This document shows positions 7,977-16,359 of a DNA stretch of 64,000 nucleotides, in pieces (the stretch's first letter is position 1; each line of letters begins with the position of its first letter). The stretch lies in the IMG/VR virus record IMGVR_UViG_3300033075_001053, positions 1 to 64,000 of that record; one strand, 5' to 3'. The DNA is from a virus (Duplodnaviria; Caudoviricetes). The notes beneath the pieces are model-generated. The model searched no databases, had not been told where the DNA came from, and saw only the letters and a program-made list of their open reading frames with translations. The position numbers were made by a program, and so were the translations under genes.

Positions 7977-8446
7977 TCGTTAGCGCAGTCATAGTACGAG
8001 GAAAGATCGTATGGGACAACCCCGACGAATACTTCCTTATGGCTAAGACCTTTGAGGGAAAGAAGGTCCAGGTTGAGATTCGCAAAGCGAAACGACGTCG
8101 GTCTATCCCTCAGAACAACTACTATTGGGGGGTCGTTCTTCAACTCCTCGGAGCTGATTTAGGATATTCCTCAGAGGAGGCTCACGAGGCTATGGTCAGA
8201 ATGTTCCTCGAAGTACCAAATGATGATCTTGAAATACCGTCGACATTTCGAAAGACATCTGATTTGTCGACGGTAGAGTTCGAAGAGTACTTGGAGAAAA
8301 TCCGCCGATGGGCTGCAGAATTTAGAGGATTGTTTATACCTGACCCGCAGCAAACTTTTTTTGATTACAGGCATCCAAAACTCAGACGTTGGATGCCGCA
8401 AAGCTACCAGACATTACTACAGCAGTATAAAGACTCGATCACATGA
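7973..8446 (+). CDS. NinB/DUF1367-like recombination protein
   Basis: RS.PQN.YYWG...H..M...FL...TS.LS..EF.EYLE.I..WA motif. Confidence 0.7.
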   Translation: MIVSAVIVRGKIVWDNPDEYFLMAKTFEGKKVQVEIRKAKRRRSIPQNNYYWGVVLQLLGADLGYSSEEAHEAMVRMFLEVPNDDLEIPSTFRKTSDLSTVEFEEYLEKIRRWAAEFRGLFIPDPQQTFFDYRHPKLRRWMPQSYQTLLQQYKDSIT

Positions 8447-9585
8447 AGATACTCGTTCACGCTGATTTCGCCACTACTACTGGTTTTGCAACTGTCGCAC
8501 AGAACGTTGTAAAGCAGCTCGCCAAAGACCAGCACGATTTTGATATCGTGGCGATCAACTACTTCGGTCAGCCTACTCATTGGCAGAAGTACTTTCCAAA
8601 AATCCGTCTCTTCCCCGCCGATAGGAATAAGGACGTCTTCGGGCGTGGTCAGGTGGTCTCTCTTCTTCGCAATACTGCCTATGATTACATTTGGCAAGTT
8701 CAAGACACGTTTGTCATTGAGCCTATAGCAAATGAAATCTTGCACAACAAGCATCAGACCAAGTGGATCTTCTACTATCCTATTGATGCCACGCCGAAGC
8801 CGGGCTGGATCAAGGCTGTTACTAAGTCCGACATCCCTGTGGCCTATACTCAGTACGGATACGACGAAAGCGTTAAGATCGCACCAGAGCTCGCCAATTC
8901 ACTCAGAATCATTCCTCACGGAACCGACGTATCGGTATTTCAACCTCTTCTCGATGACGTCAAACAAAAGTTTCGTGAGGAGTATTTTGGGCCTCACGCA
9001 AAGAAGTTCATTCTTACCAACGTCAATCGCAATCAACCTCGAAAAGACATCCCTCGAAGTCTGCAGCTCATTAAGAAAGTTCGTGAAAAAATGCCCGAAG
9101 CCATACTGTACCTGCATTGCCGGGTTCAGGATATGGGCGGGAACATTCATGAGTTTGCAAAAGCCTTGGATCTTGTCTACGAAAGAGACTATCTGATCCC
9201 GCAGAATCTTCGAGAGCAAACTTTCTCTCCGGCTGAACTCAACAAAGTCTATAATATTTCCGACCGACTGGTGACTACAGCCAACGGGGAAGGATGGGGG
9301 CTTTCCATTACCGAAGCCATGGCCGCAAAGCTTCCGGTGATCGCCCCGGATCATACTTCTTTTCATGACATTCTTGCCGATGGCAGAGGGGTTCTCATTC
9401 CCTGTGATGATGTTATTTTCATGTCAAATGACAATGAACGCCCGAGGGTGAGAACCAATATCGATTTGATGGCCGAAGCCATTTGGGAGAAGCGAACTGG
9501 TGATGTAGAAAAAGCCTATCAGCACGTACAGGATAATTGGACATGGGAAAAGATCGGCGAGCAGTGGCGCGCACTCGTAAAGTAA
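8443..9585 (+). CDS. glycosyltransferase family 4 (GT-B fold)
   Basis: TGF..V N-terminus, RNQPRKD, EGWGLSITEAMAAKLPVI motif. Confidence 0.9.
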   Translation: MKILVHADFATTTGFATVAQNVVKQLAKDQHDFDIVAINYFGQPTHWQKYFPKIRLFPADRNKDVFGRGQVVSLLRNTAYDYIWQVQDTFVIEPIANEILHNKHQTKWIFYYPIDATPKPGWIKAVTKSDIPVAYTQYGYDESVKIAPELANSLRIIPHGTDVSVFQPLLDDVKQKFREEYFGPHAKKFILTNVNRNQPRKDIPRSLQLIKKVREKMPEAILYLHCRVQDMGGNIHEFAKALDLVYERDYLIPQNLREQTFSPAELNKVYNISDRLVTTANGEGWGLSITEAMAAKLPVIAPDHTSFHDILADGRGVLIPCDDVIFMSNDNERPRVRTNIDLMAEAIWEKRTGDVEKAYQHVQDNWTWEKIGEQWRALVK

Positions 9586-9941
9586 AGAAACCACTTCAGA
9601 GGACTCAAGATGTTTTCAATGCGTGGATTCGAAAGCGTGATGCAATGCAAGGATGTATTTCGTGCGGAGGACCTGTGCAACATGCGGGACACTACTTCGC
9701 CGCTGGAAGCTACCCAGCGCTTAGATTCAATGAGACCAACGTCAATGGACAATGTCTCCGGTGCAACAACTTCCTACACGGGAATCTTATCAACTATCGC
9801 AAAGGGCTTGTTCGCAAGTACGGAGAGAAGAAGGTTTTGGAGTTAGAGATCTTGGCCGAAGTAAAGCGCCCGCACAAGTGGAAAGAGTTTGATCTGCAAA
9901 TAATCCGGGAGCAGTACAATGACAACAAAAGAGATTTATGA
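9537..9941 (+). CDS. NinG-like recombination nuclease
   Basis: FN.WIR.RD...CISCG...HAGHY...LRFNE.N.NGQC..CN; start codon uncertain. Confidence 0.88.
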   Translation: MDMGKDRRAVARTRKVKKPLQRTQDVFNAWIRKRDAMQGCISCGGPVQHAGHYFAAGSYPALRFNETNVNGQCLRCNNFLHGNLINYRKGLVRKYGEKKVLELEILAEVKRPHKWKEFDLQIIREQYNDNKRDL

Positions 9942-10296
9942 CAGGATAGACGAGCTTGAAAAGGTTCGCGCCTGGGAGCATGGTCACGAAATTACCGACG
10001 AGATTCTTCGACTGTATCGGTTGATTCGCAACGGTCCAAGTCCGATCATAGCCGATCTTGCCGGTGATGGAGCTCCGGACACCAGTGATGCCGAGGCCTT
10101 GTATGCCGAGGCCGAGAAAGACCAAGTGGAGCGAGAGTATATGAATACAGTTATGGTCTCAGGTACTCTCTACGGTATGAGTCCGACGAGAGAAAGTCCG
10201 CGCCCGCGTCACGAAGAACCATATAGATCGAGCGATGATAACACTCCTCTTGCAATAGCTATAGGTACGTCACTATTCATTAACAACATACTATGA
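9919..10296 (+). CDS. hypothetical protein
   Basis: 125-aa ORF. Confidence 0.6.
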   Translation: MTTKEIYDRIDELEKVRAWEHGHEITDEILRLYRLIRNGPSPIIADLAGDGAPDTSDAEALYAEAEKDQVEREYMNTVMVSGTLYGMSPTRESPRPRHEEPYRSSDDNTPLAIAIGTSLFINNIL

Positions 10297-10312
10297 TAAT
10301 CACAATAGAAAT

Positions 10313-10669
10313 ATGCTTGACGGATTCGAAGAATACACCGAAGACCTCACCCTCGACGAAAAAATCCTCGCTCAAAGCTTTGTTGAAGGATTTAAGAAAT
10401 ACGTCGGGAGAGCTAATTCCGTTACGAACAGACAAATTAGAGAAAGGCTTGCCGAAAAAGGAGTCAAAATCTCAGACCCCAAAATTCGAAAGCTCGTCTC
10501 ATACATCCGACTTAATTATCTCCCGCACCTCTGCGCCAGTTCGAAAGGCTACTACCTCGCCGCAACGAAAGAAGAGCTCAAAGCCTACCTCAAATCGTCG
10601 TGGCAAAGAATAAGTCAACAACATGCAGCGTATGAAGCCGGGTTTAATTATATGGAGAAGATGCAATGA
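10313..10669 (+). CDS. winged helix-turn-helix protein
   Basis: TNRQIRERL...SDPKIRKLVSYIR...ASSKGYYLA pattern. Confidence 0.65.
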   Translation: MLDGFEEYTEDLTLDEKILAQSFVEGFKKYVGRANSVTNRQIRERLAEKGVKISDPKIRKLVSYIRLNYLPHLCASSKGYYLAATKEELKAYLKSSWQRISQQHAAYEAGFNYMEKMQ

Positions 10670-11067
10670 ATATTCCTGATGATAAGTTGCCGATGATTGC
10701 CTACGATCTCAACGTAGAAGTGGATTTCTTGATAGGAGTTCTTCGTGAGCACTGTCAAACTGTAGTGAAGAAGGATTTTAAGAATGAGGCCTTTGAACAA
10801 TTCTGGGCGATCTACCGTCGCAAGGGCAACAAGAAACAAGCCCGGGCGCAGTGGATGAAGATGACCCACTCGGACATGGAGAAGGCCCTGGCTCACGCCC
10901 AGAGGTACGTCAGTTCAAGAGAGTGGAAGTTTCAAAAAGATGCAGAACGTTATCTAAAGCACGAGGTATATAATGACGTCATTGGAGAAGTACAATCCGC
11001 AGCCACTTCAAGAGAGCGATTCATTGGTTCTCTCGAAGCTCCAGTCTATTCCGGTAGTCGAGCTTAA
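10666..11067 (+). CDS. phage replication-organiser-like protein
   Basis: FEQFW.IY.RK..KK.A...W.K...ERYL domain typical of phage replication initiators. Confidence 0.6.
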   Translation: MNIPDDKLPMIAYDLNVEVDFLIGVLREHCQTVVKKDFKNEAFEQFWAIYRRKGNKKQARAQWMKMTHSDMEKALAHAQRYVSSREWKFQKDAERYLKHEVYNDVIGEVQSAATSRERFIGSLEAPVYSGSRA

Positions 11068-11437
11068 GGATGCGATGGTGATGGTGGCTGATGCCATTTA
11101 TGCAAAAACACAGGAAAATGTCTATGAGACTGAAAAGTATAAAGCCGTTATCAGCGCGATTGCACACGAGTGTGTACGTCAAGAGTTTACCCGACAAGAG
11201 TGTATGGAGGCTGCACATCGGTTTGTCTTTAGCACAAAGCAGTATGGGGGCAGGATCGAGCCGTCAGACTTTTTTACCGCTCCACCCGAACGTTTGTATG
11301 ATTACCAATGGTACTTAGACAAAGTTCACGAAGGGCATCGGCGGTTTCAGGTTTACAGTAATGGGAAGAAGGCGTATTACCGACTGGATGACGGTAAAGA
11401 ATACGACGTCCCAGGATTTACAATGAAGCGTATATGA
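10973..11437 (+). CDS. hypothetical protein (replication module)
   Basis: 154-aa ORF; start uncertain, overlaps upstream gene. Confidence 0.65.
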   Translation: MTSLEKYNPQPLQESDSLVLSKLQSIPVVELKDAMVMVADAIYAKTQENVYETEKYKAVISAIAHECVRQEFTRQECMEAAHRFVFSTKQYGGRIEPSDFFTAPPERLYDYQWYLDKVHEGHRRFQVYSNGKKAYYRLDDGKEYDVPGFTMKRI

Positions 11438-12300
11438 TACAGGATCTTATCGATGCGTGTGGCCCTGATGAGGATGGGCTTTTAATGTTGGTAGCAATCC
11501 TTCGTAGTAGTCATTGGGACCGAGATAAAATTGAGAGGTTGATTCCTGGAGTGGATGTTGACTCTTGTATTATCCGGCACCGCAGCCGCCGACAGGACGA
11601 GGGTTACAGGCACAGGTTTTACGAACTATGGAGAGGCAAGAGTATGTATATCGGTAGACCACGGGTAGAAATCAAGAGTCCCATGGCTGGTTATATTGAG
11701 GAGTGGAAGCACGAGTACCAATCGAGCGTTCTCGAAGGGCTTCGGAAGGCTCGGACAGAGCCATTCAAGACCCTGAATGTTCAGCAGATTGTTCAGCTCG
11801 CCACTTCAAGATCGCGGGTGACTCCTATTCCATGGATACGTCAGGCTCTTTGTTACTTTTTGGTTGTAAAGCAGAAGTGGAGCTACAGCAACGTAGCCAG
11901 ATTCATCGGTCTGGATCACACTACTGTCTTATACTCGGTCCGCTCACACCGACCGGAGATTGAAGATTTGTACGGGAAGTACTGTACATGGATAGCGAGT
12001 GTACTCGAAACGTGGCCCGAAGAATACTGGAGAGAACTGTATAGAGTCTATTGGGACGATACTGTTATAGTCAGCGAGCCGGTACGGGAATTGTTTCAGA
12101 TTGTGGCTGAGGCGAAGAATTACATAACCCCTGATGTCAGCGTAGCCAAAGAGCAGAAGCCGACATATTGGATTAAGGTTCCACAGGATGTGCTTGCTGG
12201 TGGGCTTCGAGCATCGATATCGACACGTCGGTATCAGGGGAATGTTTATGTATGGGGTGCGTATGCTTATCTCAAGAGGCTCGCGTGGATGACAGATTAA
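11434..12300 (+). CDS. protein with DnaA domain IV-like helix-turn-helix
   Basis: RQALCYFL...SYSNVARFIGLDHTTVLYS resembles DnaA RQIAMY...DHTTV; no AAA+ motifs. Confidence 0.65.
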   Translation: MIQDLIDACGPDEDGLLMLVAILRSSHWDRDKIERLIPGVDVDSCIIRHRSRRQDEGYRHRFYELWRGKSMYIGRPRVEIKSPMAGYIEEWKHEYQSSVLEGLRKARTEPFKTLNVQQIVQLATSRSRVTPIPWIRQALCYFLVVKQKWSYSNVARFIGLDHTTVLYSVRSHRPEIEDLYGKYCTWIASVLETWPEEYWRELYRVYWDDTVIVSEPVRELFQIVAEAKNYITPDVSVAKEQKPTYWIKVPQDVLAGGLRASISTRRYQGNVYVWGAYAYLKRLAWMTD

Positions 12301-13061
12301 TCATAGACGAGTTTGAGCTGATCCGCGATGAGCTTAGGTTGTACCTTGATCCGTCGACGCCGATCATCAAGAGATTTACCGCGGCCTATAACGCTGGGGC
12401 GAAGGTGGTTGATCTTATGAAGCGATACAACTACTCTTCTGTTGCTCGTATCGCTACAGCGCTGAAGGTTCCAGGAATCACTGCGGACATTCTTCGAAAG
12501 ATTCTCGACTTTTGTGAGAAGATTTCTCTGGACGTTTACCTGGACCGCGTTCACTCTGAGCAGCCAAAATCGATAGAAGAAATGTGGGCCTCAGAGAGGT
12601 ACCGGGTCAAGACTGATGAGACCTACAAGGACTCTCCGGCTGAAGTCAACATCAGAATTATCAACGAGTTGGCCAAAGGACTTGAGAAAATGAAGACGTA
12701 CGATTTCTCGCTGAAGGAGCTCAAGAAGATATCGGCCTATCTCACAGGTAAATTCCCGGCGATTACCCGTCAGAGTATGATCCGCGACCCATGGTTCTTT
12801 GCTATGCAGCCGTGTGTGGGCTGCGGCGAAGAGGTGGATATTGTGAAGTACCCTGATGGGTATGATGTTCTTGACTATCAGCTCGGGATTGTCGCGTTCC
12901 TGGTACCCATGTGCGAGACCTGCAAGAAGACAGGAAAGGTCGATCACACTCTGGCTCTGACTCTATACGCCCGGTACGCCAAACGGCTTGAGGAGGAGAT
13001 ACTGGACGCGCTCACTGACTTTGATTCAATGGAAGTAGATGATATAATTATAGGTGACTAA
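12252..13061 (+). CDS. hypothetical protein with CxxC...CxxC zinc-binding motif
   Basis: CVGC and CETC; true start may be the GTG near 12284. Confidence 0.7.
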   Translation: MGCVCLSQEARVDDRLIIDEFELIRDELRLYLDPSTPIIKRFTAAYNAGAKVVDLMKRYNYSSVARIATALKVPGITADILRKILDFCEKISLDVYLDRVHSEQPKSIEEMWASERYRVKTDETYKDSPAEVNIRIINELAKGLEKMKTYDFSLKELKKISAYLTGKFPAITRQSMIRDPWFFAMQPCVGCGEEVDIVKYPDGYDVLDYQLGIVAFLVPMCETCKKTGKVDHTLALTLYARYAKRLEEEILDALTDFDSMEVDDIIIGD

Positions 13062-13762
13062 TGACAGCCTCACATGCAGGAAACATAGGTGATATTATTT
13101 ATTCTTTGCCAACCTTTCGTGAGCTCGGAGGAGGAACTATTTCTCTTAGAGTGTCGCGTCTTTTGCCAAGAAAGTTTGCTGATGATCTTCGCCCGCTCTT
13201 GGAGTCACAGCCTTACGTCAAGCGAGTTATCGTGGACGAGAACGGCAACGTCCCAATTGATGTGGAGCTTGACGCCTTTCGGCGACGCGACATTCAGCTT
13301 GTAGGAGGACACATAGGGATGTGGTATAATCACACCTCCGGAGTCTTTCCGGATCTGTCTCAGAAGTGGATCTATGCCAACAAAAACACAAAGTTCTTCA
13401 ATGCGATTATCATCAATCGCACCAAGAGGTATCGTGAAGATACGATCAGCTATGAGTTACTGAACAAAGTCAACAGACCGAAATACTTTTGGGGTAATGA
13501 CGCAGAATATGAGCAGTTTTCGTACTACGTCCCATGTGAAAGACTTATTTTTGAGAATTACATGGAGCTTGCCGAGGCCATTGCTGGGTGTTACTGTTTC
13601 ATAGGGAATACGTCGTTTGCTTACTCTCTGGCTGAGGCGATGAAGGTCAAGCGCATAGTGGAGGTTCCGAGGTTCTCTCCTAACGCCTTTCCAATAGGAG
13701 CAAAAGGATATCAGTTTTCCTTTCAGGATATGTTCGACAAAATATTAGCTACGTATTTATGA
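13061..13762 (+). CDS. glycosyltransferase family 9-like protein
   Basis: N-terminal GNIGDII.SLP and C-terminal LAEAIAGC.CFIGN.SFAYSLAEA. Confidence 0.65.
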   Translation: MTASHAGNIGDIIYSLPTFRELGGGTISLRVSRLLPRKFADDLRPLLESQPYVKRVIVDENGNVPIDVELDAFRRRDIQLVGGHIGMWYNHTSGVFPDLSQKWIYANKNTKFFNAIIINRTKRYREDTISYELLNKVNRPKYFWGNDAEYEQFSYYVPCERLIFENYMELAEAIAGCYCFIGNTSFAYSLAEAMKVKRIVEVPRFSPNAFPIGAKGYQFSFQDMFDKILATYL

Positions 13763-14022
13763 GCAAGTGGGAAGACGATCTAATGGAATTTATGACCAAC
13801 AGGGTGTTTGCACATAATCCAAAGCCGAAGCCCCCGGTGTATGCAGGAGGGAAGCTTTTACAAGAGATTGCAAAAGTCAATCCCAACCTTGCTCGTGATA
13901 TTGCAAAAGAAATCCTTGCCGGTAGAACTATGACCGACGAGGAGGGTGTCAATTTTTCACAACAATACATGGAGAAAGCTATGAAGAAAAAAGGCAAGGG
14001 CGGCACCAAGAAGGGTTGCTAA
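13759..14022 (+). CDS. hypothetical protein
   Basis: 87-aa coupled ORF. Confidence 0.6.
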   Translation: MSKWEDDLMEFMTNRVFAHNPKPKPPVYAGGKLLQEIAKVNPNLARDIAKEILAGRTMTDEEGVNFSQQYMEKAMKKKGKGGTKKGC

Positions 14023-14088
14023 CCTTAAAACGGGGGCCGTTTCAAGCTGTTACTTTCCGGCCCCTATTTATTCATTAATGGAGGTATT

Positions 14089-14268
14089 ATGGACGAAAAC
14101 ATTTTTCCAGTTGAAGGTGATCCAATACTCAACGCTTATCGTGTTGTAGCGCAGGATAGAATTTTCCGAATGGAACAGTTCAACATTGAAGTTAAAGCCC
14201 TGATGGAGAAGTGGGGCATGGAGCAGACTGACCGCGGTATCGTGGTAAAGGATCCTGTTACAAATTGA
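14089..14268 (+). CDS. hypothetical protein, 59 aa
   Basis: Manual translation; GGAGG upstream of ATG. Confidence 0.65.
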   Translation: MDENIFPVEGDPILNAYRVVAQDRIFRMEQFNIEVKALMEKWGMEQTDRGIVVKDPVTN

Positions 14269-14273
14269 TTCCC

Positions 14274-14339
14274 GTTCGGCGAGCTACTTCTTCCGTGTCA
14301 ATTCCCTGGCCCGCAATCCCCCCGGCTCGCCGAACTTTT
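14274..14339. terminator. long-loop inverted repeat at convergent operon junction, probable terminator
   Basis: GTTCGGCGAGC (14274-84) pairs with GCTCGCCGAAC (14325-35), 40-nt loop, followed by TTTT. Confidence 0.55.
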
Positions 14340-16359
14340 ATGCTGCAGTAGTCCATTCTAAATAACTACCTGCATGGACAGTAGTGTTTGTTCCGTTGCT
14401 TGTGGCTTGAGCCCATTGGAAGCCAAACGTAGCGGCATTCGAGCCGTTCTGCCAACTTATTTCAAACTCCACCCATCCACCAGTTGTTCCTGTTCCGGCA
14501 GCCAGTGTTGTAGATCCGGTAATTGCAGCCTCAGACGTAGTAATCAGAGTAGTAAGGTTCGTAGGGTCAATGTGCTTACGAACAATGCGAACCTTAGTAG
14601 GGCTCGATGGTCCAGTTAGTGCATACTTAAAGTCACCAGAAGCACCAGTAGTAAAGAACACTCGAATACGAACGATATAGTTCGTGTTTGCTGCCATCGA
14701 AAACGCGAGTGTATTGTCAGTAAACAACGTGTTGTTGTTCGTGACATTTTGATCGGCAGTCTTGACAACAACATTCCACCCCTTGCCATACAGACCATCC
14801 CCCTTCCAAACCTTTGTGTTGTCATTGGGGGCTTTGACCATAAACCCGTGCTTGGTAATCGACACGTCATTTGTGGCGTTGTCGGCCAGTGTCATCTTGG
14901 CTTCTGTGACCGCTCCATTGGCTATAGTGGCCGCGAAGCTTCCTGTTCCCGTTCCTGTTACGTCGCCTGTAAGCGTAATGGTTTGATCGCCTGTATTGGT
15001 ACCGGCGACTGTAGCCGCGGAAGAAACGGTAAGATTCCCCGATAGGGCAATAGTTCTATCGGCGTCAGCGATCTGGATTTTTAGCGTTCGATTGCCGGTC
15101 AGAGTGTTATCATTCTGAATTGTCAAAAGCTTGGTCGCTGTGTCTTGAAGTTTAAACCCTGTGGCCGTTGCCTTGAGTGTCGTCAGAACGCTGGTTATCG
15201 AAGTAATATCCCCGTTGGCTCCCGAGGCGGCTCCGCCTAAGCTCGCAAGAGTAATGGTGACGTCAGAACTTAAGGCGTTCCCATTGACCGTTCTGGTGTT
15301 TGGGACGACATTGGCTGCGACTGCGTACGAAGATAGATCTTGGTCCCCGGTGTTAGTCCCGGCGACAGTGGCCGCGGAGGAGACAGTGAGATCTCCGGAA
15401 AGATTAACGGTTCGACTTGCGTCGTTAACCAGAACGTTGAGGATCCTACCTGCCGTTAGTGTCTCGTTAGGTTTAATCGTGAGAGCATTAGAGTCTCCTC
15501 CCTTAACCACGAGTCCTGTCTGATTCAACAGTACAGAAGTAATGTCTGTGTTTGCTCCCGAGGCTGCTCCTCCCAGAGATGCGAGGGTAATCGTGACATT
15601 CGACGACAGAGCATTACCATTGACTGTACGAGTATTGGGGACGACATTGGCAGTAAGGGCGTACGAGGATAAGTCCTGATCGCCCGTATTTGTTCCGGCG
15701 ACAGTGGCCGCCGAGGATACAGTGAGATTCCCACCAAGGTCAATAGTTCTACTTGCGTCATTGACGATAAAGTTCAAGACTCGGCCAGCCGTCAGCGTTT
15801 CATTCGGTTTTATCGTCAGTGCGTTGGCGTCCCCGCCCTTGACTACAAGGCCGGATTGGTTAAGGAGAACAGAGGTAAGATCTGTGTTGGCTCCCGACGC
15901 TGCCCCTCCCAGAGAGGCAAGAGTAATGGTGACGTTAGAGCTTAGTGCATTGCCATTAACCGTCCGAGTATTCGGCACGACGTTAGCAGTAAGAGCGTAG
16001 CCGGAAAGATCTTGATCCCCCGTATTAACCCCGGAAGTATTCCCGATCACTACAAGTTGAGCGTCGGTGACGTATCGTTTGTCGGCGGAGCTGGCAATAT
16101 CTGCCGTGGTCGCAAGCATCCCTGAGATGACCAACCCGTAATCGTCAACCAGAAATTTTGTGTACGTCCCAGAAATTGTCGGACGATTCATTCGCACTAT
16201 CCCATAGTGCTTTACGTAATCCACCGCCTCGTAGCCATCGGCTACAAGATTTACTGGTACATAATAATCCTGCCCGCTATCAACGTCTTGAACGCGATAG
16301 GTATGTGGTCCGCCTTCTGACGAAAGGTCGATTTCTTCTATGTAATCAAAGGTGTACAT
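14338..16359 (-). CDS. tail fibre-like protein with three 112-119 aa repeats
   Basis: Repeated GTNTGDQ, VPNTRTVNG.ALSS and GAN.DITS motifs; G/T/A/S-rich. Confidence 0.8.
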   Translation of the reverse strand: MYTFDYIEEIDLSSEGGPHTYRVQDVDSGQDYYVPVNLVADGYEAVDYVKHYGIVRMNRPTISGTYTKFLVDDYGLVISGMLATTADIASSADKRYVTDAQLVVIGNTSGVNTGDQDLSGYALTANVVPNTRTVNGNALSSNVTITLASLGGAASGANTDLTSVLLNQSGLVVKGGDANALTIKPNETLTAGRVLNFIVNDASRTIDLGGNLTVSSAATVAGTNTGDQDLSSYALTANVVPNTRTVNGNALSSNVTITLASLGGAASGANTDITSVLLNQTGLVVKGGDSNALTIKPNETLTAGRILNVLVNDASRTVNLSGDLTVSSAATVAGTNTGDQDLSSYAVAANVVPNTRTVNGNALSSDVTITLASLGGAASGANGDITSITSVLTTLKATATGFKLQDTATKLLTIQNDNTLTGNRTLKIQIADADRTIALSGNLTVSSAATVAGTNTGDQTITLTGDVTGTGTGSFAATIANGAVTEAKMTLADNATNDVSITKHGFMVKAPNDNTKVWKGDGLYGKGWNVVVKTADQNVTNNNTLFTDNTLAFSMAANTNYIVRIRVFFTTGASGDFKYALTGPSSPTKVRIVRKHIDPTNLTTLITTSEAAITGSTTLAAGTGTTGGWVEFEISWQNGSNAATFGFQWAQATSNGTNTTVHAGSYLEWTTAA

